Source of the DNA: Bdellovibrionales bacterium
GTDB lineage: Bacteria; Bdellovibrionota; Bdellovibrionia; Bdellovibrionales; UBA1609
Assembly (NCBI GenBank): GCA_965261545.1
Contig: CBDHDF010000010.1
Location: 384,001-448,000 of the forward strand
Reading direction: 5' to 3'
DNA length: 64,000 nucleotides
The position numbers and the translations under genes were made by a program. The notes beneath the pieces were generated by a model. That model was not told the origin of the DNA and made no database searches. It saw nothing but the letters and a program-made list of their open reading frames with translations. Of this stretch, positions 33,622 to 43,310 are shown piece by piece; positions within the stretch are counted from its first letter, which is position 1, and the number at the start of each line of letters is the position of its first letter.

Positions 33622-33713
33622 GTTATCCACAGACTCATCCATGGCGACGCTGCGGCTATGGCCCTCGGAGCCACAATAAAGCAGCGCTGCTGTGGGTGAG
33701 TCTTGTGGATAAC
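33622..33713 (+). other. Conserved hairpin with paired DnaA boxes, copy 1 (in ISL3 3' region)
   Basis: Long imperfect inverted repeat; TTATCCACA 33623-33631 and TGTGGATAA 33704-33712; homologous to 36309-36406. Confidence 0.75.
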
Positions 33714-34522
33714 GGCGGCTCTCCACACAAGTGATTTGGTAGCCCTGTCCTCCGTGTTTTTATGTACAAATCTTAGGAATAACCTGTACATCCAGTTTTT
33801 AGCTATTTCCCTAGGGAATTTGGACTTTAGGCTCCGAGAAACTCGGATATAGCCATTAATTTGCTGCAATTCTGTACTGAGTTGGTGGTTAGGATATTGG
33901 GAAAAGAGTCCCAACTGTGTCTTCTTCAAATGGCGCATAGTCCCCCCTTTGGTGAAAGTTTCTCTTTAATTTTTATATTAACATACGTTTTTTTGAGGGA
34001 AAAAAGTGAGCAAGGATGTCTTTTAAGAAGAAAAAAATCAGAGAGGTTCTCGGAGAACATGGATAAGAATTCTACCTCATAGAGAGGTTCCCACGCCTCC
34101 TAAAACCTACATAAAAAATAAATGAAGAATAAAATATCAAAAATTATTTCTCTGAAAAAACACGTCAAGTATTTTTTGAAGTTGATGCGCAACGTAATGT
34201 TATTTCCCTGAAGGAGGTTTGAAATCACCACGGTGGAAACACAGGTTGATCCAACTCTTCCTCTCATATCAAGTAACCAGTTGATAGCCACATAAGTCAC
34301 TGAAAGGGAGGGGCTGTGAAAGGTTCGTCAAGAGAGGGGGGGGAACTTATTTTATTTTTCCGTTTTATGTAAGTAACTGAATTTACACGGATTATGTTTG
34401 ATGGACTCCATTTTAAAGCATAAAATCTAAAGGGAAGGCATGTAAATACTTAAAACTACTTAACTTTCTTCCCTGGACAGGAACTAACTAGTCGCTGTCG
34501 CGAAATAGACTTAAGAAATCCA

Positions 34523-34963
34523 TCATTCAGCTTCAAGGTGGTCTTTTTGATAAATATAATTTTCAATTTGCATAAGATTTTTAAATGGACTCCTCTCCTG
34601 AAGATAGCGAGTAGAGAATTCTGGGTCAAAATGGTTCATTTTACACATATCCATGATGATTTTTGCTTTTGGCCCCACTGTCCTTTTTGATGTGTTGAAG
34701 TGCTCAACAATCTCATCCATGGAAACATATGGTGACGTCTTGCTATCATAAAGAAAGTTAATTCTCCCAATGGCATGAATAATCCCCGCAGCCCAAATTT
34801 CTACTCTTCCTGTCATGTAAGGGACTTGTCTTTTTCGAGACATTCTTGCTACTACACCGTGACAGAGGTTTTTATACTCATCGTTTATATATTGGTCACA
34901 AAAATCACTAATAGCCTTTTCAAGTTCTTTCCTTCTTGGTTGAATGATTTGCTTCTTTTTCAT
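34523..34963 (-). CDS. Passenger protein resembling DUF6398
   Basis: AGGAGG RBS; FCDQYINDEY...RKR..P...G....WAAGIIHAIGRINFLYD pattern recognised from memory; lies inside element B IRs. Confidence 0.65.
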   Translation of the reverse strand: MKKKQIIQPRRKELEKAISDFCDQYINDEYKNLCHGVVARMSRKRQVPYMTGRVEIWAAGIIHAIGRINFLYDSKTSPYVSMDEIVEHFNTSKRTVGPKAKIIMDMCKMNHFDPEFSTRYLQERSPFKNLMQIENYIYQKDHLEAE

Positions 34964-36308
34964 TGGGCCTCCTGTTAACCTTATTACCATGTTTCACCTC
35001 ATGATAAAGGATTATCGCTATGAGTTTATGCCCAGAAGGCCTCGAAACCAAGGTCCACCCTGCCAAGGTATCTATTATCGTCACAGAATCCGATCCTCTG
35101 ATTCAACTGGCCAACCACGTCGATTGGAGCTATCTGTCGTGTCTTGTCATGCCCGACTTAAAAGCCACGACTGCAAAGGGTTTTTGGTGGCTAGGAAGAA
35201 AGCTCTTTTTAAGAGTTCATCTAGCCGTGCTGCTGCTTCAGGTTCTATTCAAACTCACGGATCGAGGGGTGGAGCAACGGATAAAAGAGACGGCCAGTTA
35301 TCAGCTTTTTTGTGGTCTAAATATCCTCAAAAAATGGTGTTGTCCCGATCATACGAAAATAGAAAAATTTCGCAATCGACTGACGGAAGAGACTCACAAA
35401 GAAATAGGAGATTATATTCTTCGCTTGGCTCAATCCCTGGGGTTTGCAGACGCCTCTCATTTGGATGTCGATTCGACCGTTCAGGAAGCCAATATGGCTT
35501 ATCCCTCCGATGCCAGTCTTTTGAAAAAGTTGGCTCAGAAGTGTTACAAAATTCTTTCGTATCTTCAAGAAAAGCAGAAGACCTACTTACCATCGGGTAT
35601 AACCATAGATATCAAAGCCATCATCAAGGCCGCTCGAAAGTATTTTTTTCTAGCCAAAAATTGTGTATTAGAGAAGAAGAGGGAGGTATTTTCAGACCTT
35701 CACAGTCTTGTAAAGTCAGAGTTAAAAGCCTTTATAAGGTTTGCAGAAAATCTTTCTCCACAGGCTCTAGCGAGTCTTCCTTGGAACCACCGAGAAGCCG
35801 TCACAGAAGTGAGAGACAAGGCTTGGAGATACCTTTTGGACGTGGCCCATTTTGTAAGAACTCACACCATCAAGCCTGGCAAAATCCTTGCCTTCAAATT
35901 GTGTGCGGTCGCCTGTATCAAAAAGGGGAAGTTAGGCAAAGACAAGGAGTTTGGGAGGGTCTTCCAAGTCGGGCGGATTGGTGGAAATTTTATTGTTCCC
36001 TATTGTTAGGCGCCAATTAAAATTGGCCATTTTTAGAAGCCGTCGCCAATGAAAAACGGCCAGTTGATGATGTACTGATTTAGTTATTCTTCGTTCAGAG
36101 TTTAGTCAAGTGTCTTTATTTTGCTCATCATTTAACTCGGACTATGCCACAAGATTCTGAGGAATGATTTTCTGCCCACCACTTTTGGCATGACCCCAAA
36201 TGCATCCTTCAGCCCTATGGCAGAGGTAAATGGAGTATTTTTCAGGATTCCTTGGCGCAGCTAATGTCTAAAGCTCCGCGAGAGTGACGAGCAAATAGTA
36301 CGGTAAAA

Positions 36309-36406
36309 GCCAGTTATCCATAAATTTATCCATGGCGACACTGCGGCTGTGACCCCGATGTCTAGCAACGCAGTGCTGCTGTGGATAAATTTTGTGGATA
36401 ACTGGC
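36309..36406 (+). other. Conserved hairpin with DnaA boxes, copy 2 (in IS21, downstream of istB)
   Basis: Imperfect inverted repeat homologous to 33622-33713; TGTGGATAA at 36380-36388 and 36393-36401. Confidence 0.75.
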
Positions 36407-36814
36407 GAGTTCCTTCCCCAAAAGTGGGGATCTCTAATGAACTTCTTTGGTTGAACTTTCCTCTTTGCTCTGTTTAGACTTGGCTTTTGCCGATTCGGTT
36501 CTCCAACTTTCTTTTCCTTCAATGTTGAGGGTTTCACAGTTGTGAATAATTCGATCAACAGCAGCAGCGGTGGTAATAGGGTTAAGAAACACCTTATCCC
36601 ATTCAGAGTAAGTTAAGTTTGTAGTGATCATGAGACTTTTCCTTTCATATCGCTGAGATATGAATTGAAAGAAAAGATCAGCACCCTCTGTGCAGGAAGC
36701 TGTATAGCCAAGTTCATCACAAGCAATAAGATCAAAACGGTCTAATTTCTTAAAAAGAGCATTCAATGAGAGTTCTTTCTTGCTTTCACGCATTGTTTCA
36801 ATAAGTTCATGAGT

Positions 36815-38231
36815 CAATGCCGTTTCCTTAAGCCACCACACCCCTCTGCCTCTGCGTTAAGCTATTTCTTTTAAAAGAACTCCCAGCGCTTTTGATAGAC
36901 CTTTCATAGCTTCTTTTGAAGTGCCTCCTCTTCTCCATTGAAATCTTCATCAGCAACTTTATCTGCTTCCTAAATTTCTGATAGAGCCCCGCAACAAAAA
37001 GAGGGATGCTATCCATTATGAAATCAAGAATCAGTTTAAAGTTAGGTTTTTTGTAGTCATTTTTTACCAACTGATTCACACTGTCTTCATCCTCATTTAT
37101 GCTCATTTGAATCTTTGTATAATTGAAGAGCCAAAAATAAGAATACAGCTCTTGCAATATTCCATTAAGGCTTGTTGAGTGCCACTGCTCCATTTTCATT
37201 GTCGATGTAAAATCACGAAATGTCGTTTCTATTTCCCAACGACGAGAGTAAAGAGCAACCATATCCTTCTTGTCCAAGGAGCCATGCGGAAGATTAGTGG
37301 CCAAAACAGAGAACTCCCCAGTCTTTGGGTTTTTATACTTATAGAGATGAATGACCACCCCCTCAATAACCATTCGTGAATACCAACCTGGGCCATTAAA
37401 TAAATTTACAATGGGGATAAAAGTAGAGCCTCGCTTACAACGCGCAATAAAGAAGTTACTGGCTTGAGCATGGGCCTTAATAATCTCTGTAGATAAATAA
37501 AGCCTATCGTAGAGAGTTATGCTATTACTCTCAAAACTACCTATCATTTGAATAGCATTGGCGATTTCGTTGAGAGCGGGAGAATAGCAAAGATTCTTTG
37601 TCACACCCGATAAAACGTCATAAGCATGAGATAGATACATACGTAAGAAATGAGTTTCCATCTCATTTGGGCAAGGGTACCCACAATAACCCTCCTTTAA
37701 AAGATCTTTAGAGCGAGGAAGTGCTAATTGGTCGCCATCTATGGCATAGATATAAAAACCATGAAACGTTTTTCTCAATGGTTCGTAGTCTGTAATCAGA
37801 GATTCAAAGATATCTTTGAAAAATAGGTAAGAAATACTTTGACGTATCTTGCTGAGACTGCTTTTGACTGGCATGAGAAGCAGGTCACCAAAATGAGTCC
37901 ATACCGTCTTAAGAGCGATTTGGTAGCCTTCGTAATTTGTTCCGGAAATAAGATAGATAATGGTAAAAAAGAAAATTTGAGGATTAAATTTTCGATTCCT
38001 TTTTTGTTTTTCTGGATCGACAAGGTGCTCTGGCTTGAAGGAAGAATCAAGTTTTGGTAGAATAAAATGGTCATCTGTGACGCGAACTCGTCATTTGGGG
38101 GCTTTCGAGATCAATATTGGATTGCATGTGACTTACTCCTTGGTTGAGGGTTGGGTGTAAAATAAAACAAGTCTTATTCTTGTCGATTTATCTAATGATT
38201 TCAAGAGATTTTTCTTAAGGAAACGGCATTG
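36815..38231 (-). mobile_element. IS4-family insertion sequence, 1417 bp
   Basis: Perfect 18-bp IRs CAATGCCGTTTCCTTAAG; 10-bp DR GTTCATGAGT at 36805-36814 and 38232-38241. Confidence 0.94.
36828..38090 (-). CDS. IS4 transposase; 5' end out of frame with the RBS-linked ATG at 38127
   Basis: AIDG, YDRLY, YSRRWEIETTFRDF; frame open from 38090 although the first in-frame ATG is 37874; stop codon lies in the IR. Confidence 0.8.
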   Translation of the reverse strand, partial: RVRVTDDHFILPKLDSSFKPEHLVDPEKQKRNRKFNPQIFFFTIIYLISGTNYEGYQIALKTVWTHFGDLLLMPVKSSLSKIRQSISYLFFKDIFESLITDYEPLRKTFHGFYIYAIDGDQLALPRSKDLLKEGYCGYPCPNEMETHFLRMYLSHAYDVLSGVTKNLCYSPALNEIANAIQMIGSFESNSITLYDRLYLSTEIIKAHAQASNFFIARCKRGSTFIPIVNLFNGPGWYSRMVIEGVVIHLYKYKNPKTGEFSVLATNLPHGSLDKKDMVALYSRRWEIETTFRDFTSTMKMEQWHSTSLNGILQELYSYFWLFNYTKIQMSINEDEDSVNQLVKNDYKKPNFKLILDFIMDSIPLFVAGLYQKFRKQIKLLMKISMEKRRHFKRSYERSIKSAGSSFKRNSLTQRQRGVVA

Positions 38232-38642
38232 GTTCATGAGTGGTGACCCATAAACATCGATAGCCTTGTTCACAGAGTGAACGAACTAGGGACATGGCCA
38301 AATGACTTTTCCCCATTCCAAAGCTTCCGTAAAACACAACATTACAGGCTTTTCTGACCCACTCTCCCTCTGCCATCCAATTAATTTGCTGAGCTGTCAC
38401 TCCCGTTCTTTTCTGGAAGTTATAAGTTTGGAGTGATTTAAGTTGAGGAAGCTTGGCCCCCTTAAGCAATCTTTTCACTCTCTGGGAATGCTTGTCAGCA
38501 AGCTCATTTTGAACGAGTATACCTAAATACTGTTCATACGTCTTTTTTGTTTTTTCGGCAACTCTAGCCGTTGCAACATATTCATCCGCCATCGCTGGAA
38601 GTCGGAGTTTTTTAAGAGAACCTATAAGTTCTTCGTGATTCA

Positions 38643-40109
38643 TTAAGAACCTCCTATGTTTGGAACAAGACTGTCATATTGAGACAATCTAGGTTGAAGT
38701 GGTTTTTGTTGGTCATTCAAATTAATTTTGGTGGGATTGCCTAAGAGCAAATCTTTTATGGATTTAAAGTCGAAAATCTCACGACTTTCTAATTGAAGCT
38801 CCATGGCTGTAGATAAGTCCTGCCAACTCACATGCTGAATCAAGTTGATAACTCTTAAATATTCATGCTCGGCACGGCTTGAATCTTGTTGCTTGAGGTA
38901 TTGATAAAAATTTTCAAACACATTTGTTGGAAAAAGAATGGATCGGTGAGCCCATCTTACCATGGCTTGCGGCTTACGAACTAAAGAGGGAAGGATATGT
39001 TCAAGAAGAAGACTATGCTCCCCATCAGGTTTTCTTTGATGGCGAGCGACAATTTCTTGCTTCCCTCCTGCACGATAGATCGTGACATGATAGGGACCCT
39101 GTACGGTTTTACAGGGAGATTGGATCACCTCATCAGGTATGGAATATGTGGTTTTACCTATTCTCAAAGTCCCATAACCATTACTTTGACAAATATTCAC
39201 CTTACAGAGAATATCTTCATCTCGTGGAGGCAAAGGCTTAAGAACTTTGGCCTCCTCCTCAAAGCGAGATTTGGTGGAGTCACTCTGATGCTGATCCATA
39301 TAAGACTCTAAAAACTGATTCAAATGATCCCAGTCTTTAAAAACAATTCCTTTGTTTCTAACAATATTTTTTATCCGAGAACTGAAGGTTCGAATATCAC
39401 GCTCCACATCTCCCTTGTCAGAGCCCTTCCCTGCGCGGCAGGGAAGAACCTTAAATCCATAGTATTGGATGGCTCGATCAAAAGATTGGGTGTAAATTCG
39501 CTGATTTCCTTTAAGAACTTTCTTCACACAGGGAGATAAATTATCAATACGGATGTTCGCACTCATCCCACCTATCTTTTCAAAAAAAGCATGCACCCCA
39601 TCGATGAAACACTCATAGACAAGAAAGGGGTAGGCACGAACCCAACAGGTGCCACTACAAGGCAATGTTCCAAAATGGAGATGAACGATCTGAACACCAT
39701 CGGCAAATGGTAAAGCAACCTTCTCCTTAAAATCAAACTGAGCCTGTTCTCCAGGATCATATCTTTGGCTGAAAAAACGCTCCTTGGGGCGAGAACCAAG
39801 AATCTCACAAACTCTTCTCTGAACCGTTCTCTCACTCCCACGATAACCCTCCTCAACTAATAGCTCATATATTTCACGGGCGGTGTTACTTGGGTTCAAC
39901 TTCAAAAAGTACTTCACCCGATCCATATATCCATTAAGGGGATCTGGGCGAGTTCTTTTGGACCTCGCCTTGTACTTCGGTGGGGTGTTGGACTCACAGT
40001 ACTTGCGCACCGTCTTACGATTGATCCCTAATTCACGAGATATTTCTGTCTTATTTTTACCACTGTGACTCAGGTCACGAATGCGGCCGAAAGTGTATTG
40101 ACTAATCAT
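38643..40109 (-). CDS. istA: IstA transposase (IS21 family)
   Basis: HTH EISRELGINRKTVRKY, PGEQAQFDF, DN, KGDVER; AGGAGG RBS before ATG 40109. Confidence 0.92.
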   Translation of the reverse strand: MISQYTFGRIRDLSHSGKNKTEISRELGINRKTVRKYCESNTPPKYKARSKRTRPDPLNGYMDRVKYFLKLNPSNTAREIYELLVEEGYRGSERTVQRRVCEILGSRPKERFFSQRYDPGEQAQFDFKEKVALPFADGVQIVHLHFGTLPCSGTCWVRAYPFLVYECFIDGVHAFFEKIGGMSANIRIDNLSPCVKKVLKGNQRIYTQSFDRAIQYYGFKVLPCRAGKGSDKGDVERDIRTFSSRIKNIVRNKGIVFKDWDHLNQFLESYMDQHQSDSTKSRFEEEAKVLKPLPPRDEDILCKVNICQSNGYGTLRIGKTTYSIPDEVIQSPCKTVQGPYHVTIYRAGGKQEIVARHQRKPDGEHSLLLEHILPSLVRKPQAMVRWAHRSILFPTNVFENFYQYLKQQDSSRAEHEYLRVINLIQHVSWQDLSTAMELQLESREIFDFKSIKDLLLGNPTKINLNDQQKPLQPRLSQYDSLVPNIGGS

Positions 40110-40234
40110 AAGATCCTCCTCATTGCTAACCTTTTGAGTTGCAAAAGGGAGGGACTCTGTGAGCTTAGTATCTATATCAGAAGAAGAGACTTCATTGTCT
40201 AGTATTTGAACACTCCCTGAAGATTGGTCACTTT

Positions 40235-40609
40235 TCATTGGCGACAACCTCCATATTGAAAGTGGGACATTTTAATTGGCGACGGCTTTAAGGGAAGCCT
40301 GTCTTCAGAAAGAAATTCCATGAAAATTGAGGCAAATGTTGGAATCTTGTGGAATTTAAATACTTTAGAAAATGGGCACAGCCTAAACAGGCTTTTCTTG
40401 ACTATATATTTAACCTCATTGAAATCCAGAAACAGTCTACAAAGGAGAAATATGGAACCTGAATAGGCTGTCATGGAAGGACTCTCCAACACGGAGCCCC
40501 TTTCCAGGTCGACAAGAACCCAAAAGGAGTTCTTATCAGCTCGGAGCCTTTTTATGAGTAATATCAATTGATTATATGCGTCTCGGTTGACAATGCCAAA
40601 AATCACCAT
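40235..40609 (-). CDS. Possible passenger ORF inside the IS21 left end
   Basis: 124 codons with GAGGAGG RBS; no recognisable domain; 3' end overlaps subterminal repeats. Confidence 0.3.
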   Translation of the reverse strand: MVIFGIVNRDAYNQLILLIKRLRADKNSFWVLVDLERGSVLESPSMTAYSGSIFLLCRLFLDFNEVKYIVKKSLFRLCPFSKVFKFHKIPTFASIFMEFLSEDRLPLKPSPIKMSHFQYGGCRQ

Positions 40610-41215
40610 AGGTCCTCCTCTGAAAAGTGGCCACTTTTCATTGGCGACGGTGGGGCATTTTAATTGTCAGCTAACACCTATACTTGCACTTCTGTGAGAA
40701 TGGACGACAAGGAGTCATTGCCAGCTATATTGGAAGAACATCAAAAAATATTTGGCGAAGATATTTTAGAGTCAGTTACAACAGACAAGGGGTATTATTC
40801 ACAAGCCAACGTCAATCTCGTCAAAGATGTTGTGGGAAATGCAGATGGAATTCAAAGACCTGCCAACGTAAAAGAACAGGTCGAAGCCCCCCAGAAAGAA
40901 GAATTATACAATCGCAGGTCGGGGGTCGAACCTCTCATAGGGCATGTCAAAAACTTTGGATTAGCAAGAAGCAAGATGAAAGGGGATGGGGCCACACTGG
41001 CTTCGGGGTATCGCTCGACCATGGGGTTCAATCTGCACCAAATTATGAGAAATTTAGCGGTGACGATGCCAACTCCAAGCTTCAAGGGTGGGTAGAACAA
41101 GGGAAAGTTAAAAAGAGGCTACTTCAGAGCCCAAGTCCAAATGAGGGCACATAAACGGCCCTTTTTAATTTCGCGACAGCGACTAACTACTCCCGATCTG
41201 AATATTTGAAGGCAT

Positions 41216-41239
41216 GTAACTCTTCGTGCGAAGAGTTAC
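41216..41239. terminator. Hairpin between the convergent glmM and purE genes
   Basis: GTAACTCTTCG-TG-CGAAGAGTTAC; no clear U-tract. Confidence 0.5.
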
Positions 41240-41277
41240 TATAAATCCCAGGGTTAACTTATAGAAAACTATCCATT

Positions 41278-41880
41278 TTAAATTTCAAACTTCTTGCGGA
41301 TTTCAGCATCTATTTTTCGCACCTTGATTTTTTGATTTTTCTGAAACTCCAACACTTTTCTCTGAAGAGTTGGCTTTTGCAGGCCAATAATTCGAATCGC
41401 CAAAAGTCCTGCATTCATAGAATTATCAACAGCCATGGTCGCCACAGGAACACCTCGAGGCATTTGGGCAATGGACAGAAGTGAGTCAAGACCTTTCAGT
41501 TTCTCTGAACTTACGGGAACTCCAATCACAGGAAGAGGTGTTACCGCAGCCACCACTCCAGGCAAGTGGGCGGCTCCCCCGGCCCCCGCAATAATAACTT
41601 TCATTCCCCTTCCGTGAGCCCGAGATGCATACTGAAGCATAAATTCAGGTGTTCTATGGGCTGAAACAATACGAACTTCATAGTTCACAGAAAAATCATT
41701 CAGGATATCCATAGCTCCCTGCATTTTTGGAAGGTCTGAATCACTCCCCATAATCACAGCCACGGGGCCTATTCCAGAATTTTTTCTGCCAACCACCTGT
41801 CTTCCAGACTTTCCAGCCTTCTTTCTTTTCAACTTTCCAATCTTCTTTCTTTCCAGCCTTCCTTCATTCTTTCTTTTCAT
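41278..41880 (-). CDS. purE: N5-CAIR mutase PurE with basic N-terminal extension
   Basis: [34 protein letters not shown]. Confidence 0.95.
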   Translation of the reverse strand: MKRKNEGRLERKKIGKLKRKKAGKSGRQVVGRKNSGIGPVAVIMGSDSDLPKMQGAMDILNDFSVNYEVRIVSAHRTPEFMLQYASRAHGRGMKVIIAGAGGAAHLPGVVAAVTPLPVIGVPVSSEKLKGLDSLLSIAQMPRGVPVATMAVDNSMNAGLLAIRIIGLQKPTLQRKVLEFQKNQKIKVRKIDAEIRKKFEI

Positions 41881-43052
41881 AACTGAAAGCCTTTATGGAC
41901 ATCTAACAAAAATCGAAGAGCCTCCTCACCTGTGGAGCCCACAGCGCTCATATGCCCCATCTTACGATTCACACGATGGCTTTTTTTTCCATACCAGTGC
42001 CATTTCACATGGGCCATTTTTTTTGCGACCTCAAGAGGAGCCTCCCACTTAGGAGCGAGACCCTTTCCCCCGGCTCCCACTTCACACCCCAGCAAATTCA
42101 CCATAGCATAACCTCCTGCCACCTCCATGGGGCGAGAAGGTAGAGCTTGGTTTAAAATACTTAAAAGGTGCACCGTGAATTGGTCGGGGCACAGAGCCTC
42201 TAAGCTGTAATGACCCGAATTATGCACCCGAGGCGCCACCTCATTCATTAATAAGTCATCCCCTTGGTCAAAGAGTTCAAAAGCCATGACTCCTTCATAG
42301 TCATAGGCCTCTAAGTAGGTGATGATCCCCTTTTTCAAATCCTCCAGTTGTTGGTGCTCCACAGGCCCCTTGACCCAAAAACACTGGGCATTCCTTTGTC
42401 GAGTTTCCACCAATGGAAAGAAACATATTTCACCCCGGCGATTTCTCGCCGCTAAAATGGCCAACTCCCTCTTAAAGTTCTCAAAGGCTTCTGCCACGAG
42501 GCCATCTTTAAGAGCCTCGTGGGGAATATTAAAAGATTGCAACTCTTTTTCGGAATGGATGATAAATGTTCCATACCCATCGTAGCCAAATCGCCGTTTT
42601 TTAAGCACCATCCCCCTGTTTTGAAATTTTCTCCAAGCTTGTAACAAATCGTCCCTGTGATCCACTTTATAGAAAGGTGCCACGGGCAAACCAGCCTTTT
42701 GAAGTCCCACCTTTTGACTCCAACGGTCTTGAACTTGAGACATAGCAAGAGGATGCGGACAAATAAGAGTACGGGATTTTTTAGACACCTGTTGCAATAA
42801 TTCAGCATTCAGAAATTCACTTTCAAAGGTCGCCACATCAACAAGAGAAAGAAACTTTTCCAAAGAAGGAGCCTTGAATGGGTCTCCTTGAAACCAATGG
42901 GAAGTCACCTGAGCCGCAGGGTCTTCCTTAGACTTGGATAGAACGTACATTTGTAAGCCAAGCTCATGCCCCTTCATAGCTAGCATCCGAGCCAACTGAC
43001 CTCCCCCCAACAGGCCAACTTTCACTTGGGTGAATCTCTCCATAACTCTCAT
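41877..43052 (-). CDS. purK: N5-CAIR synthetase PurK
   Basis: [31 protein letters not shown]. Confidence 0.95.
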   Translation of the reverse strand: MRVMERFTQVKVGLLGGGQLARMLAMKGHELGLQMYVLSKSKEDPAAQVTSHWFQGDPFKAPSLEKFLSLVDVATFESEFLNAELLQQVSKKSRTLICPHPLAMSQVQDRWSQKVGLQKAGLPVAPFYKVDHRDDLLQAWRKFQNRGMVLKKRRFGYDGYGTFIIHSEKELQSFNIPHEALKDGLVAEAFENFKRELAILAARNRRGEICFFPLVETRQRNAQCFWVKGPVEHQQLEDLKKGIITYLEAYDYEGVMAFELFDQGDDLLMNEVAPRVHNSGHYSLEALCPDQFTVHLLSILNQALPSRPMEVAGGYAMVNLLGCEVGAGGKGLAPKWEAPLEVAKKMAHVKWHWYGKKSHRVNRKMGHMSAVGSTGEEALRFLLDVHKGFQL

Positions 43053-43100
43053 GATCTCATTTGAATTCCCATGATCTCATTTAAATTCTCATAATATTCA

Positions 43101-43310
43101 CTATGAAGAACTTTTTAGAGACTTCCCCTGGGCAGATATACGTAAAAGAATTTCATGGGCTTCTTTTTGTAGGTTATTTTTCAATATAAAATGATAAAAG
43201 TCCTTAATTTCAGTACTTTGGCGAAATTTCTTGACAGAATTTGAAAGGATTTCAGACCGTGTAAAATGAATATAACTCCCATCTTCGGAAAGATACACAT
43301 TATTTTTCAA
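43101..43310 (-). CDS. Small hypothetical protein upstream of purK
   Basis: 69 aa, TTG start with AGGAG RBS. Confidence 0.6.
   Translation of the reverse strand: MKNNVYLSEDGSYIHFTRSEILSNSVKKFRQSTEIKDFYHFILKNNLQKEAHEILLRISAQGKSLKSSS

Larger units (their letters stand above)
32134..33854 (+). mobile_element. ISL3-family insertion sequence, 1721 bp
   Basis: IRs GGGTATATCCGAGTTTCTC / GAGAAACTCGGATATAGCC (18/19); 8-bp DR ATTAATTT at 32126-32133 and 33855-33862. Confidence 0.93.
30845..33938 (-). pseudogene. DDE transposase of element A, split by ISL3; rejoins in frame to 454 aa
   Basis: MRHLKK...LQQIN (33938-33855) joins NIIDRHPEFAH-MVHEDL... (32125-30845); motifs RLDSTV, SADGGF, WRAGIEAVISFLK. 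Confidence 0.88.
30611..34484 (-). mobile_element. ISNCY/IS5-like element A (2145 bp without its insert), interrupted by ISL3
   Basis: IRs GTTTCTGTCCAG / CTGGACAGGAAC (11/12); flanked by TAACTA at 30605-30610 and 34485-34490. Confidence 0.85.
36434..38643 (-). pseudogene. istB: IstB ATPase split by IS4; rejoins in frame to 260 aa
   Basis: Walker A GSFGMGKS in the 5' part; ...TTHE-LIETM... junction; DELGY, TTNL, AAVDRIIH in the 3' part. Confidence 0.9.
36004..40676 (-). mobile_element. IS21-family element (3246 bp without its insert), interrupted by IS4
   Basis: TGTTAG...CTAACA ends; 5-bp DR CCTAT at 35999-36003 and 40677-40681; several GTCGCCAATKAAAA subterminal repeats; istA-istB. Confidence 0.92.
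35020..41095 (+). pseudogene. DDE transposase of element B, split by IS21; rejoins in frame to 465 aa
   Basis: ...GNFIVPY (35020-36003) joins TCTSVRMDDK... (40682-41095); motifs PDHT, DSTVQEAN, KEFG, TDKGY, RSGVEPLIGHVK. Confidence 0.88.
34491..41183 (+). mobile_element. ISNCY/IS5-like element B (2015 bp without its insert) with a passenger gene, interrupted by IS21
   Basis: Perfect 16-bp IRs GTCGCTGTCGCGAAAT / ATTTCGCGACAGCGAC; flanked by TAACTA at 34485-34490 and 41184-41189. Confidence 0.9.

Noticed and set aside
33622..33713. Shared hairpin as an integron attC site
   Set aside because: It starts with GTT and ends with AAC, the reverse of the RYYYAAC...GTTRRRY attC arrangement; no integrase or cassette array nearby
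33600..33938. 112-aa ORF as an independent gene (likewise 36434-36841, 38215-38643, 40664-41095)
   Set aside because: Chimeric frames made of interrupted transposase or istB fragments reading into or out of inserted IS ends
34944..36020. 358-aa alternative-frame ORF over transposase B
   Set aside because: No recognisable motifs and it ends inside the IS21 IR; an overlapping gene is not excluded but is unsupported
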